Below, piece by piece: positions 9,021-17,101 of a stretch of 30,762 bases of DNA. A model generated the notes under the pieces. That model saw only the letters and a list, made by a program, of their open reading frames with translations, ran no database searches and was not told where the DNA came from. Each line of letters starts with the position of its first letter. The first letter of the stretch is position 1. The stretch is from a virus (taxonomy: Duplodnaviria; Caudoviricetes), in the IMG/VR virus record IMGVR_UViG_3300039918_000017, positions 1-30,762 of that record; one strand, given 5' to 3'. Position numbers and translations under genes: made by a program.

Positions 9021-10574
9021 TCAGTTCCTCCGCCCCGTGAAATAGCCGCTGCCGTAGGACACGCGCGGCCCCTGCGCGTGACGCGCCGCCGTCTGCCGGT
9101 CCATGTCGTCGATGATGCGCCCGCGCGTCTCCAGCCCCAGCGTCAGATACTGGAGAGCGTCTTGCACATGGCTGAAATCGTTCTTGCTGGGCTGGTCGCG
9201 GAATCGGCCGCCCGCACTCGTCTTGATCCGGTCGATGATATAGCCGGCGGTGAACCCGCGTCGCAGCATCGAACAGCGATCGGGGCTTAGCACCAGCGCA
9301 GGCTGTCCGCCCGGCGATCGGTTCAGCCGCTTGCGCACTGCCTCCAGACGCGGTTCAAGCCGGTTGCCATCGCGGCCACCCGGCTTCCACGTCCCGCCGA
9401 ACGCCCGCTTGAACCGGTCGACCCATGTCCCCGCGTCGTCGATTTCGCCGAAGTCGGCGGCGGGATCATAGAACCCGTAGCCGAAGCGGCACCGGGGCCA
9501 ATGCTTTTCCACGAACTCGCGCGCGATCTCGGCGAAGGCGGTCGGCCCCATCCGCGCCAACTCGTTTTTCACCTTAGGATCGAACAGCACCAGCTCGCCC
9601 AGGATGCGCAGCTGATCCATGTCGGACTTCTGCGCGAACACCATCGCCGGCGTCGCGCCGCCGTCCAGGCCGGCGATGATCGGAAGGCCGGGATCGGCAA
9701 CGATGGTTTCGCGCGCGACGTGCAGCTGCTCGTTGAACTCGGGGAAGACCGGCTGTCCGTTCCTGACCGCGCCGAACTTGTTGTGCACGAACCGGCGCAG
9801 ATAGTTGGGCTGGTTGGCATAGGCCAGCAGCAGGCCCTCATAATAACCCTCGGGAAGGTTTTCGATATTCTCCGGCGGCGGGTCTTTGGACAGGCCGCCG
9901 GGCTGCTCCCAGAAACCGATGCCGAAGCGCGGACCCAGCGCCTCTTTCAGCTGCACTTCCTGCTCATCGTTCAGACCCAGCTTCTTCTCGACGAAAAAGT
10001 CATAGGTCCAATTGTCGATGTCCGGCGCGTTGAAGTCGGCTATCACGCCGCGCCACTGGCACCCGCCCAGCTTCGCCGGCGGGTAGCGGCCCGTGCGCGG
10101 CCATCCGAACAGGAACACGCTCTGATCCAGCGTATCGGTTTCGTTCAGCCACAGGCCGGTCAGCTCCAGCCCCTTGAGCACGTCTTCCGCCTTCTGGTCG
10201 CCCATCGCGCGGAACAGCATCTCGATCTCGATCGCGCTGGACTGGCCCGTGCCGTCCACCACGTCGAAACGCAGCGTGTGCTGCATCATCCCGCCATGCC
10301 AGTTGGACTTGGTTTTCGGAAACCAGGCGAACCATGATTTCATCACGTTCGCTTCCAGCTGGCCGTAAGTGTCACGGATGCAGCACCACCGCACGCGCCG
10401 AACGCCATCGGGGCCGGGATTTTGCCAGAAGGCGCTGTTGACGATTTTGCGGATGCACGTCGTCGTCTTCGCCGACCCGAACGGACCCATGATCGCGGTC
10501 AGAAACCGCTGGTCGTTGACGAAGCCCTCCGCCTTCGGACCCACCGGAGCCATGAGGGACGCGAAACCGCTCAT
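9021..10574 (-). CDS. terL: Terminase large subunit
   Basis: 517 aa; Walker A GPFGSAKTT, Walker B 'LWLNE', RNase H-like 'GLDGG', C-terminal 'SHVQDALQY'. Confidence 0.92.
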   Translation of the reverse strand: MSGFASLMAPVGPKAEGFVNDQRFLTAIMGPFGSAKTTTCIRKIVNSAFWQNPGPDGVRRVRWCCIRDTYGQLEANVMKSWFAWFPKTKSNWHGGMMQHTLRFDVVDGTGQSSAIEIEMLFRAMGDQKAEDVLKGLELTGLWLNETDTLDQSVFLFGWPRTGRYPPAKLGGCQWRGVIADFNAPDIDNWTYDFFVEKKLGLNDEQEVQLKEALGPRFGIGFWEQPGGLSKDPPPENIENLPEGYYEGLLLAYANQPNYLRRFVHNKFGAVRNGQPVFPEFNEQLHVARETIVADPGLPIIAGLDGGATPAMVFAQKSDMDQLRILGELVLFDPKVKNELARMGPTAFAEIAREFVEKHWPRCRFGYGFYDPAADFGEIDDAGTWVDRFKRAFGGTWKPGGRDGNRLEPRLEAVRKRLNRSPGGQPALVLSPDRCSMLRRGFTAGYIIDRIKTSAGGRFRDQPSKNDFSHVQDALQYLTLGLETRGRIIDDMDRQTAARHAQGPRVSYGSGYFTGRRN

Positions 10575-10657
10575 TTCGACACCCGCCGCGCCACATCGTC
10601 ATAGCGCTTTTCCATTTCGCCATAGCGAGGCAGGGGCAGCTTTTCCGCGCGGCTCAA
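10571..10657 (-). CDS. Putative 28-aa ORF between terS and terL
   Basis: GAAGGA RBS, TTG start, MSRAEKLPLPRYGEMEKRYDDVARRVSK; its stop overlaps the terL ATG (ATGA). Confidence 0.4.
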   Translation of the reverse strand: MSRAEKLPLPRYGEMEKRYDDVARRVSK

Positions 10658-10691
10658 CGGCCGATCCTTCGCGACGAGGGGAGCCGGCGGC

Positions 10692-11480
10692 TTAGTCATC
10701 GTTATCCTCGTCAACGGCGTCGATGTCGGAGAACTCGCCATCGACGATGCGCATGTCGCGCAGCTGTGCAGGGTCGATCGCGCCGCTATTCAGCGCCTCC
10801 GCCACGCGGCCCAGCACCTGATCGACGGGACTTGCACCCAGCACGTTCGCGCCGGGCATGACGATCACGCCATCGACCCCGACCTTGACCTCGGCCTGCA
10901 CCGGCTTCTTGCTGTGGACATACTCGGCGACCGACTTCGCGGCTTGCAGCTGGAGGGACAGCGCTTTCACCGCGATTTCGCCAGCCTTCGTGCGCAGCGT
11001 CCGCGCCACATCCTCTACCCGCTCCGCCAGCTCGATGATCTTGTCGAGCCGCTTGAACGCCTCGCTTGTGCCCTGATCGGGCATCTTGCGGATCGCATGG
11101 CGCGCGTCCCGCAGGGTCGCGGTCATTTCGTCCGCCAGCGCCATCAGCCGCTCTTCGCGCGCGCCAACGGTTGGGTCCGCTTTCAGCAGCAATTCGGTGA
11201 TCTGGTCAGTCGGCATGGCGTAAATGCTCGCCTGAAACCGCACGGGACAGCCGAAATCCTGTGTAATGATGCGAGCGAGATCGTCACTCCGCTTGTTGCG
11301 CGATCCGGGTTTACGGCCCGGTCCTGCGCGCCGCGCCATCTGATAGACATTCGCCGGCAGTTGTCCGCGATCGTCGCGCAGCAGGTCGAGTTGCTCCGGG
11401 GACATTGCCGCGCCCAGCACGCCACTCTCGCCCTGCGCGGCTTCGAACGCCTTTTCGAGGCTGGAGCGGTCAGTTGACAC
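10692..11480 (-). CDS. Probable terminase small subunit
   Basis: 262 aa directly upstream of terL; 'GRKPGSRNK' and 'AAK....YVHSK' motifs typical of TerS-like proteins. Confidence 0.7.
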   Translation of the reverse strand: MSTDRSSLEKAFEAAQGESGVLGAAMSPEQLDLLRDDRGQLPANVYQMARRAGPGRKPGSRNKRSDDLARIITQDFGCPVRFQASIYAMPTDQITELLLKADPTVGAREERLMALADEMTATLRDARHAIRKMPDQGTSEAFKRLDKIIELAERVEDVARTLRTKAGEIAVKALSLQLQAAKSVAEYVHSKKPVQAEVKVGVDGVIVMPGANVLGASPVDQVLGRVAEALNSGAIDPAQLRDMRIVDGEFSDIDAVDEDNDD

Positions 11481-12085
11481 TGGCGCAGCCCCCGCTTAGC
11501 GTCGCCGCTTCCAGTCCCGGCCTAGAAAGCCCCGAAATTGACATCAACCGCGCGTTTCCCGCGAAGATCAGGCGAACCCCGACCCGCTTGATCTGAAATT
11601 GTTGCGCTTGCCGCCCGCACCCCGACTCGTTTGCGGGCGACTTTGCGTAGGGGGCTTGGGCAGAGGCCAGAAACCTGTTGAAGGCGGCCGACTGGCCGAA
11701 GATTTTCCAGATTTCAGATCCGACGCGCGCGACGGGATGTCCGGACACGCGCGCGATCGCGAGGGGGGCACCGGGTCGGCCGCTCGGGAGGGCCGAAATC
11801 GGCCCCGCCCAACGCCCCATTAGGCGATCCAGCGCCGAAATCGACGGAAATGCGTGGGTGCGCTGGCTATCGACCGACAATTCCCGACCGACATTCACCC
11901 CAAGCGCCGACAGCCTGGCCGATCCGATCGCCACCGCGATCGACGCGCGAGGCCGAAAAATCCCCCAGCCCGCGCCTCGCCCTCCCCGGGACACGCGTCC
12001 AGCAGCTGGGCGCGAATAAACGCCCCGTATTTTATTCGGGCAGGCGATCGACAGAGAGGATGGCCCCGCGCGCATGGCCGAGCTT

Positions 12086-12113
12086 GATAACTGTCAGTTA
12101 GTTTCGCCGTCAA
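12086..12113 (-). promoter_or_regulatory. Putative late (terminase) promoter with operator ATAACTGTCAGTTA
   Basis: Minus strand TTGACG-N17-TTATCA; operator at 12087-12100 overlaps the spacer and -10. Confidence 0.6.
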
Positions 12114-12126
12114 GCGCCGCGCAGGC

Positions 12127-12400
12127 TGGTTGCCATGGTTGCCGTCGATTGATCCAGCGGCAACCATGATGGCAACCAATATCTGACCTATTATCATGAT
12201 CTTAGGTCAGGTTCAGGCATATGGTTGCCATGTTGCCACGCATCGCGTCGCGCGCACGTGATCGCGCGCAACCGCGCATGATCGCGCGCAGGCGAGACAG
12301 CGCCAAATCGCGGCAACATGGCAACATTGTACGTAAGCCGTTGATATAGAGTACGTTTTATGTGGCAACATGCGTCATCATAGCGGCAACCATGGCAACC
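12127..12400. repeat. Iteron array, putative replication origin
   Basis: 11 GGCAAC/GTTGCC copies in both orientations, a palindrome at 12183-12210 and an AT-rich patch at 12326-12362. Confidence 0.7.
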
Positions 12401-12630
12401 CCCTGACCCATTGGCCCAAGGACAAATTCGGCTCAATTTTTTCTTTGGGCAAGACGGGTCGGGGCGAGGGACATGGCGGCAAGGGCGGCGCACAGAGCGC
12501 GGAAATCTGCGCCTTAGGCCCGGTCGAGTGAGAAGGAATGCGGACGCACCGGTGCATCATGGCAATGCCTCCGGCATAGCCATGATGCACCTGTCCGCAT
12601 GCGTTTGGCACCCAGCGCGACCGGCAAAAG

Positions 12631-12690
12631 ATAACTACCAGTTATTTTCTTGTTGACAGGCCAACCCCTCCTGTTGCAGCCATAGGGAGC
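12631..12690 (+). promoter_or_regulatory. Operator plus putative promoter of the plus-strand accessory operon
   Basis: ATAACTACCAGTTAT at 12631-12645, followed by TTGACA at 12653-12658; the -10 is weak. Confidence 0.6.
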
Positions 12691-12735
12691 CACGCCGGTA
12701 ATTGGTCCGGGTGGCGCGGCAAGGAGGCCGACCCA

Positions 12736-12909
12736 ATGACCAGAGCAATCATCGAATATGGATGCGAGACGCTGGACGTCCTGATCCCCACCGGCACCGA
12801 TCTGGACGACGCCTTTGACGCGATCGACGCGGACAGCGGCGAGAGCCTGCGCATCAACGGATGGATGATCGAACATATCCAGTTCGACCGGGCGGGGAGC
12901 GTTTACTGA
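12736..12909 (+). CDS. Small acidic hypothetical protein (57 aa)
   Basis: Not in the ORF track. RBS AAGGAGG at 12721; MTRAIIEYGCETLDVLIPTGTDLDDAFDAIDADSGESLRINGWMIEHIQFDRAGSVY; the stop overlaps the next ATG (TGATG). Confidence 0.75.
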   Translation: MTRAIIEYGCETLDVLIPTGTDLDDAFDAIDADSGESLRINGWMIEHIQFDRAGSVY

Positions 12910-13224
12910 TGAACCGCTACGCACCCGCCGGAGCGATCCGCGTCGCCGACAAGCGCAGCAGCGCCGTTGTCTATCTCTACACCACATCGCGCGGCGCGCC
13001 TGCCGCCATCGCCTATCACGGCCGCGCCGAAAAGCAGGACTGGTGGCACAGCTTCAAGGACGAGGCGCGCCGTGAAGCCTATGTGCGCAGCTTCTTCGCT
13101 GGCCGTCAGGCGATCGAGCAGCGCGCCCGCGATCGCCGCGCCGAGCGCAGCGCCTTTCGTCATGGCTACAAGGTCGGCGACCTGTTCCGCGCCATGTGGG
13201 GCTACGACCAGACGAATATCGACT

Positions 13225-13530
13225 TGTATGATCCGGGCCTTGTCAAGATCCCATTGAACGGTTCCTTCTGTTGACGGGCTGGGGGCCCCCACACGCAATG
13301 CTCAAGGATTGGCTTCATTCGTTCCGAGGTCAGCTGATGCACTATCCGTGCATAGACTTGTATCCGGTCGCGGCCGTAGCCGCGTACCATAATCCGTATT
13401 CACATCCCCGGATCGAGCAAAGGCGGATGCGGACCAAACTACTACTGGGCGTTTTCAGGCGCCATCAACTTTCCCGGTCACACATCACACCAATCCGCGT
13501 CGCCTTATCGAGCCTGTTGCAACATAAGCA
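13225..13530 (-). ncRNA. Candidate bridge/seekRNA in the long non-coding end of IS110
   Basis: About 305 nt non-coding, downstream of the recombinase, with hairpins and short matches to the target and the donor junction. Boundaries are unknown. Confidence 0.6.
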
Positions 13531-14682
13531 TCAGGCGGCGCGGAGCTCGGCACCTTGAGGGACCAGACCGGTCTCCACAAAGCGCCAAAGCGCGATTAAC
13601 AATTTTCGGGCGAGCGCAACGATCCCGACCTTTGCCGCGCGAGCGCCGTTGCCTTTGAACCGGTTGCGATACCAAACGGTCAGTTCGCTACTTGGCTGAT
13701 ATTTCAACCAACACCAGGCAAGTTCCACCATCTGCACACGTGTGCTTCGGTTACCGGCTTTGCTGATGCCCTGATCACGCGACACGTCGCCGCTGGCGAA
13801 GGGCGCCGGAGCTAACCCAAGGAAGGCCGCGACGTGTCGTCGGCTTTCGAACTTTCGGCAAAAAACCTCTGCAACCAACATTGCCGCGCTGTTCGGACCA
13901 ATGCCCTTTAGCTGCTCAAGGCGAACCGCTTTCTCTCGGCATGGGAAGGTAGACTCCTCATGGAGCACAACTTCAGCGCGGTCCCGCTCGATGTCCTTGA
14001 TTTGATCGTTGAGCAACGCGAGCCGTTCGAAACAGCGCTCAATTTGTCGATGAAGGTTTGGTGGCAAAGGCCGCCCGTCGCCGGTGCGCATCTCGTCGAG
14101 CTGTTTTGACCAGTCACCGCCCTTGATGGCTTTGACAGTTCGTATGCCCTGTAATGCAAGTAGCCCCCTGATCCGAGAGATAATTCGGGTGCGCTCGTGC
14201 ACGAGATCGCCGCGCTCCCGCATTACTCTGCGCGCGTCCTCCTCCTCGGGGGAGGGCACGTCCACGACACGGCACACGCTTTTGTCGCCAGCGAGATAGG
14301 CTTTTAGGATCCCGATCATTGCTTCGGCATCGATCCGGTCGGTTTTTGCGCGCCTGCCTCGCCGCGACACGAGGAAGCTGGCGGGATCCAGCACATAGGT
14401 ATCGATGTCGTTCGACCGCAGTAGCCTTGCGAGCCAGAAGCCATCATATCCAATCTCGAAGCACAGGCGAATGGCGGCAGGTTCACCGATACGATCAGCG
14501 GCCTTGCACTCAAGATTGTGAAGGTGACTGATCAGTGCCGCGCTGTTCCCGGCAGGAATTGTCCGCAGGGAAGGCTTCGCCGCTCCTGGTGAGAGCGAGG
14601 CAACAAGCCAGTTGCGCTTGCTGAGCTCAACGCTGACAATCACAGAAGTCTTGGGGCAGTAATCTGACGACGAGTTCTCCAT
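13531..14682 (-). CDS. IS110-family transposase/recombinase
   Basis: 383 aa; RuvC-like residues in 'SVELSK', 'CFEIG', 'AKTDRIDA'; C-terminal 'GIG', 'GLAP...ASG', 'ISKAGN', 'VALARKL'. Confidence 0.95.
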   Translation of the reverse strand: MENSSSDYCPKTSVIVSVELSKRNWLVASLSPGAAKPSLRTIPAGNSAALISHLHNLECKAADRIGEPAAIRLCFEIGYDGFWLARLLRSNDIDTYVLDPASFLVSRRGRRAKTDRIDAEAMIGILKAYLAGDKSVCRVVDVPSPEEEDARRVMRERGDLVHERTRIISRIRGLLALQGIRTVKAIKGGDWSKQLDEMRTGDGRPLPPNLHRQIERCFERLALLNDQIKDIERDRAEVVLHEESTFPCREKAVRLEQLKGIGPNSAAMLVAEVFCRKFESRRHVAAFLGLAPAPFASGDVSRDQGISKAGNRSTRVQMVELAWCWLKYQPSSELTVWYRNRFKGNGARAAKVGIVALARKLLIALWRFVETGLVPQGAELRAA

Positions 14683-15061
14683 TGTAGCGTTCTCCGTGAG
14701 GTTTGACGGAACAACGGCATAGCCGATCCGGCCTGCATAGGATCTATTACGAGGTCACCGCCCTGCGCGGCCAGACCATGCTGATCGTCCGCAAGATCGC
14801 CCAGGCGCGCAAGGCGACGGCATGGGAGCAGGGCGAATGCGTGCCCCTGCCCGGCCAATATGTCGGCGAGGAAATCCGGGTGCGGGCGCAGGAACGCTAT
14901 ATCCGCGTCGGCCACCAGCACGCCTTCCACGAAGCGCCCAAGATGGTCGCCGGCGTGCCGACCTACGCCGCCAGCCACTGGACCAGCTACGCCTGACCCC
15001 ATCGCACGAGGCGCGGACATGATCCGCGCCTCCACGATGCGGCCAAGCAAGGAGCGATGCT

Positions 15062-15487
15062 ATGACCTACCCACCGCCACACAGCGCCTATCAGCACGAA
15101 CTTTCAGCCAATCGCCACACGTCGCCCCATGGCGACCAGCTGCGCGCCGAGGACAACACCCGTCCGCTCGTCGGCGAGTTGCTGCGCCCTGGAATGATCG
15201 TGCGCACCAACTACGGCACCGGCCCTTTCATGATCGAGGCGGTCAACCATTACCGCGTGTACGACGGCTTTTGGGCATGGACGCTGGTCCTCAACTACCA
15301 GCGCGACGGCCGATGGCCCGCGCGACCCAACGATCACGATCGGGGCTGGATCAACGAAGTCGTCGTCGAATGGGAGGGCGATAAACCGCGCTTTCGGATG
15401 CTGTTCGCCATCAACGACGACGAAGTGTTCATCGTCGCCGACGCTGCCGCTCGCGAAGAGCGCTCCGGCCAGCTGAGCATGTTTTGA
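15062..15487 (+). CDS. Hypothetical protein (141 aa)
   Basis: RBS AAGGAG, GC3-biased codons, ends 'QLSMF'. Confidence 0.8.
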   Translation: MTYPPPHSAYQHELSANRHTSPHGDQLRAEDNTRPLVGELLRPGMIVRTNYGTGPFMIEAVNHYRVYDGFWAWTLVLNYQRDGRWPARPNDHDRGWINEVVVEWEGDKPRFRMLFAINDDEVFIVADAAAREERSGQLSMF

Positions 15488-16185
15488 TGATCCAGCTCGA
15501 TCTCCTCGACGCCTCGCCGCGCGTCCTGATCGCCTGCGAATGCTCCGGCACCGTCCGTGACGCGTTCCTGGCGCGCGGCTTCGACGCCTGGTCATGCGAC
15601 CTCAAGCCCGACGAGAGGCGCAGCAACCGCCATATCACCGGCGACGCGCGCGATATCATCCATTGGGGCTGGGACATGCTGATCGTGGCGCACCCGCCCT
15701 GCACCCGGCTTTGCAACAGCGGCGTGCGCTGGCTGACCGATCCGCCGCCTGGACGCACGCGCGCCGACATGTGGGCCGAGCTGGACGAGGCGGCCGCCCT
15801 GTTCTCGGACTTCCTGCACGCGCCGATCGCGCGCATCGCCGTCGAAAATCCGATCATCCACCGCCACGCTAAGGCGCGCATCCGCGACTATCGCGAACCG
15901 GCGCAGACCATCCAGCCATGGCAGTTCGGCCACCGCGCGTTCAAGCGCACCTGCTTCTGGCTCAAGAACCTCGATCCCCTGACCGAGACAAAGCGGCTCG
16001 ATCCGCCTGCCCCCGGCACCATCGCGCACAAGCGCTGGTCGAGCATCCATCGCCACACGGGCTGGGGCCAGGCCGGCGAGGCCCGCGCCGCCAACCGCTC
16101 CCGCTTCTATCCAGGCGTCGCGGCCGCGATGGCCGACCAATGGGGCGCGGCGGCGATGGCGGACATTCGGAGGGCGGCGGCATGA
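15484..16185 (+). CDS. Short phage DNA cytosine-5 methyltransferase-like protein
   Basis: 'VLIACECSG' (motif I-like), 'HPPCT' (catalytic PC), 'AVENP' (motif VI), 'QPWQFGH...KRTC'. Confidence 0.8.
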   Translation: MMIQLDLLDASPRVLIACECSGTVRDAFLARGFDAWSCDLKPDERRSNRHITGDARDIIHWGWDMLIVAHPPCTRLCNSGVRWLTDPPPGRTRADMWAELDEAAALFSDFLHAPIARIAVENPIIHRHAKARIRDYREPAQTIQPWQFGHRAFKRTCFWLKNLDPLTETKRLDPPAPGTIAHKRWSSIHRHTGWGQAGEARAANRSRFYPGVAAAMADQWGAAAMADIRRAAA

Positions 16186-16712
16186 AATTTACCAAGAAAG
16201 GCCGCCACCCCTTCACGGACACGGCCCGCAAGCGCTCCTACATCCTCATTCGCCAGCGCAAGGAGCGGGAGAAATTCCCGCTCTTCGCCGACGAGATAGC
16301 GGAGGGCCAGCGCAGCCAGGACGAGGAAATGGCTGATCGCGCCGTGCGCTGGGCGCGCGCCGAGGCCGAGACGCGCAGCGGTTATGCGCGCCAATGGATC
16401 ATCGTCCGCCGGATGCTCAAGCTGCTGCCCGATCATGAGCGGCACGCCTTCCTGCGCTACTACTACCGGGTCCAATTCCCTCTTGACGGCGGTTATATGC
16501 GCAGCGTCCTGCGGACCTTTCTCGACGGCCGACTGGTGATGGTCGACGGCGAGGTTGTAGCCCAGTCGCACCTCGATTTTCTGGCCGCGCGCGCCCGCCG
16601 CGTCCTCGAAATGGATGACGCCGAACTGCTGCGCCGCATCCAGTCGCCCTACGCCACCGGCGACTATCTCGACCAACTCCGCGCCGAGCGCGCCCGGAGG
16701 GCGACAGCATGA
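16182..16712 (+). CDS. Conserved alphaproteobacterial mobile-element hypothetical protein (176 aa)
   Basis: The true start is ATG 16182 (ATGA overlap); 'RHPFTDT.RKR...REKFPLFADEI' motif. Confidence 0.75.
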   Translation: MKFTKKGRHPFTDTARKRSYILIRQRKEREKFPLFADEIAEGQRSQDEEMADRAVRWARAEAETRSGYARQWIIVRRMLKLLPDHERHAFLRYYYRVQFPLDGGYMRSVLRTFLDGRLVMVDGEVVAQSHLDFLAARARRVLEMDDAELLRRIQSPYATGDYLDQLRAERARRATA

Positions 16713-17101
16713 CCCGCTGCCAAGTCTGCGGCCGCCGTCGCGGCATCAACAAGCACGGCCTGATCCTGCATCATCATGTGCGCGGCCAGCTATGCCCCGG
16801 CGTCGGCTTTGTGCCGATCGAGCAGGACGACGCGCGGCTTGAGGCCGTCGCCCGCGAAGCGCAAGCGCGCGATCGCGCCCTCACGCGCGAACTGGCGGCG
16901 CTGTATGAGCGGCGCGCCAACTATATCGATCCGGCCCTGCTGGACGCCTGCGGCCGCGCCGTCGCCCTGTCCGCGCGCCTCGATCGCCGCTTGGCGCGCC
17001 ACCGCGCATGGCCCGCCCGCTTCGCCCGCCAGATGGAGCGCGATGGATGGGGCGATCCTCCGCCCGACTATCTGCGCCAGCGCTACGAGGCCACCCTATG
17101 A
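16709..17101 (+). CDS. Zn-finger-like hypothetical protein
   Basis: 130 aa; CQVC...H....C motif; ATGA coupling. Confidence 0.7.
   Translation: MTRCQVCGRRRGINKHGLILHHHVRGQLCPGVGFVPIEQDDARLEAVAREAQARDRALTRELAALYERRANYIDPALLDACGRAVALSARLDRRLARHRAWPARFARQMERDGWGDPPPDYLRQRYEATL

Larger units (their letters stand above)
13225..14745 (-). mobile_element. IS110-family element, IS1111-like layout (short left end, long right end), 1521 bp
   Basis: Bounded by CT at 13223-13224 and 14744-14745; removing it restores the host ORF; no TSD; visibly lower GC than the flanks. Confidence 0.92.
12909..14996 (+). pseudogene. Phage hypothetical protein (188 aa when rejoined) interrupted by IS110
   Basis: Joining 12909-13224 to 14746-14996 gives a continuous frame ...MWGYDQTNID-YYEVTALRGQTMLIVRKI...WTSYA. 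Confidence 0.88.

Noticed and set aside
11470-12075. 201-aa minus ORF upstream of terS
   Set aside because: No RBS, low-information composition and no recognisable motif; cannot be fully excluded.
11895-12197. 100-aa minus ORF with a signal-peptide-like start
   Set aside because: Its sequence is a by-product of the GGCAAC iterons and it overlaps the operator/promoter.
12127-12400. CRISPR array or tRNA interpretation of the repeats
   Set aside because: Units are 6-10 bp, in both orientations and irregularly spaced; no cas genes and no cloverleaf.
13202-13558. Short ORFs in the IS110 right end (13271-13558 +, 13202-13390 -)
   Set aside because: No RBS, one crosses the IS boundary, and the region is better explained as the non-coding RNA end.
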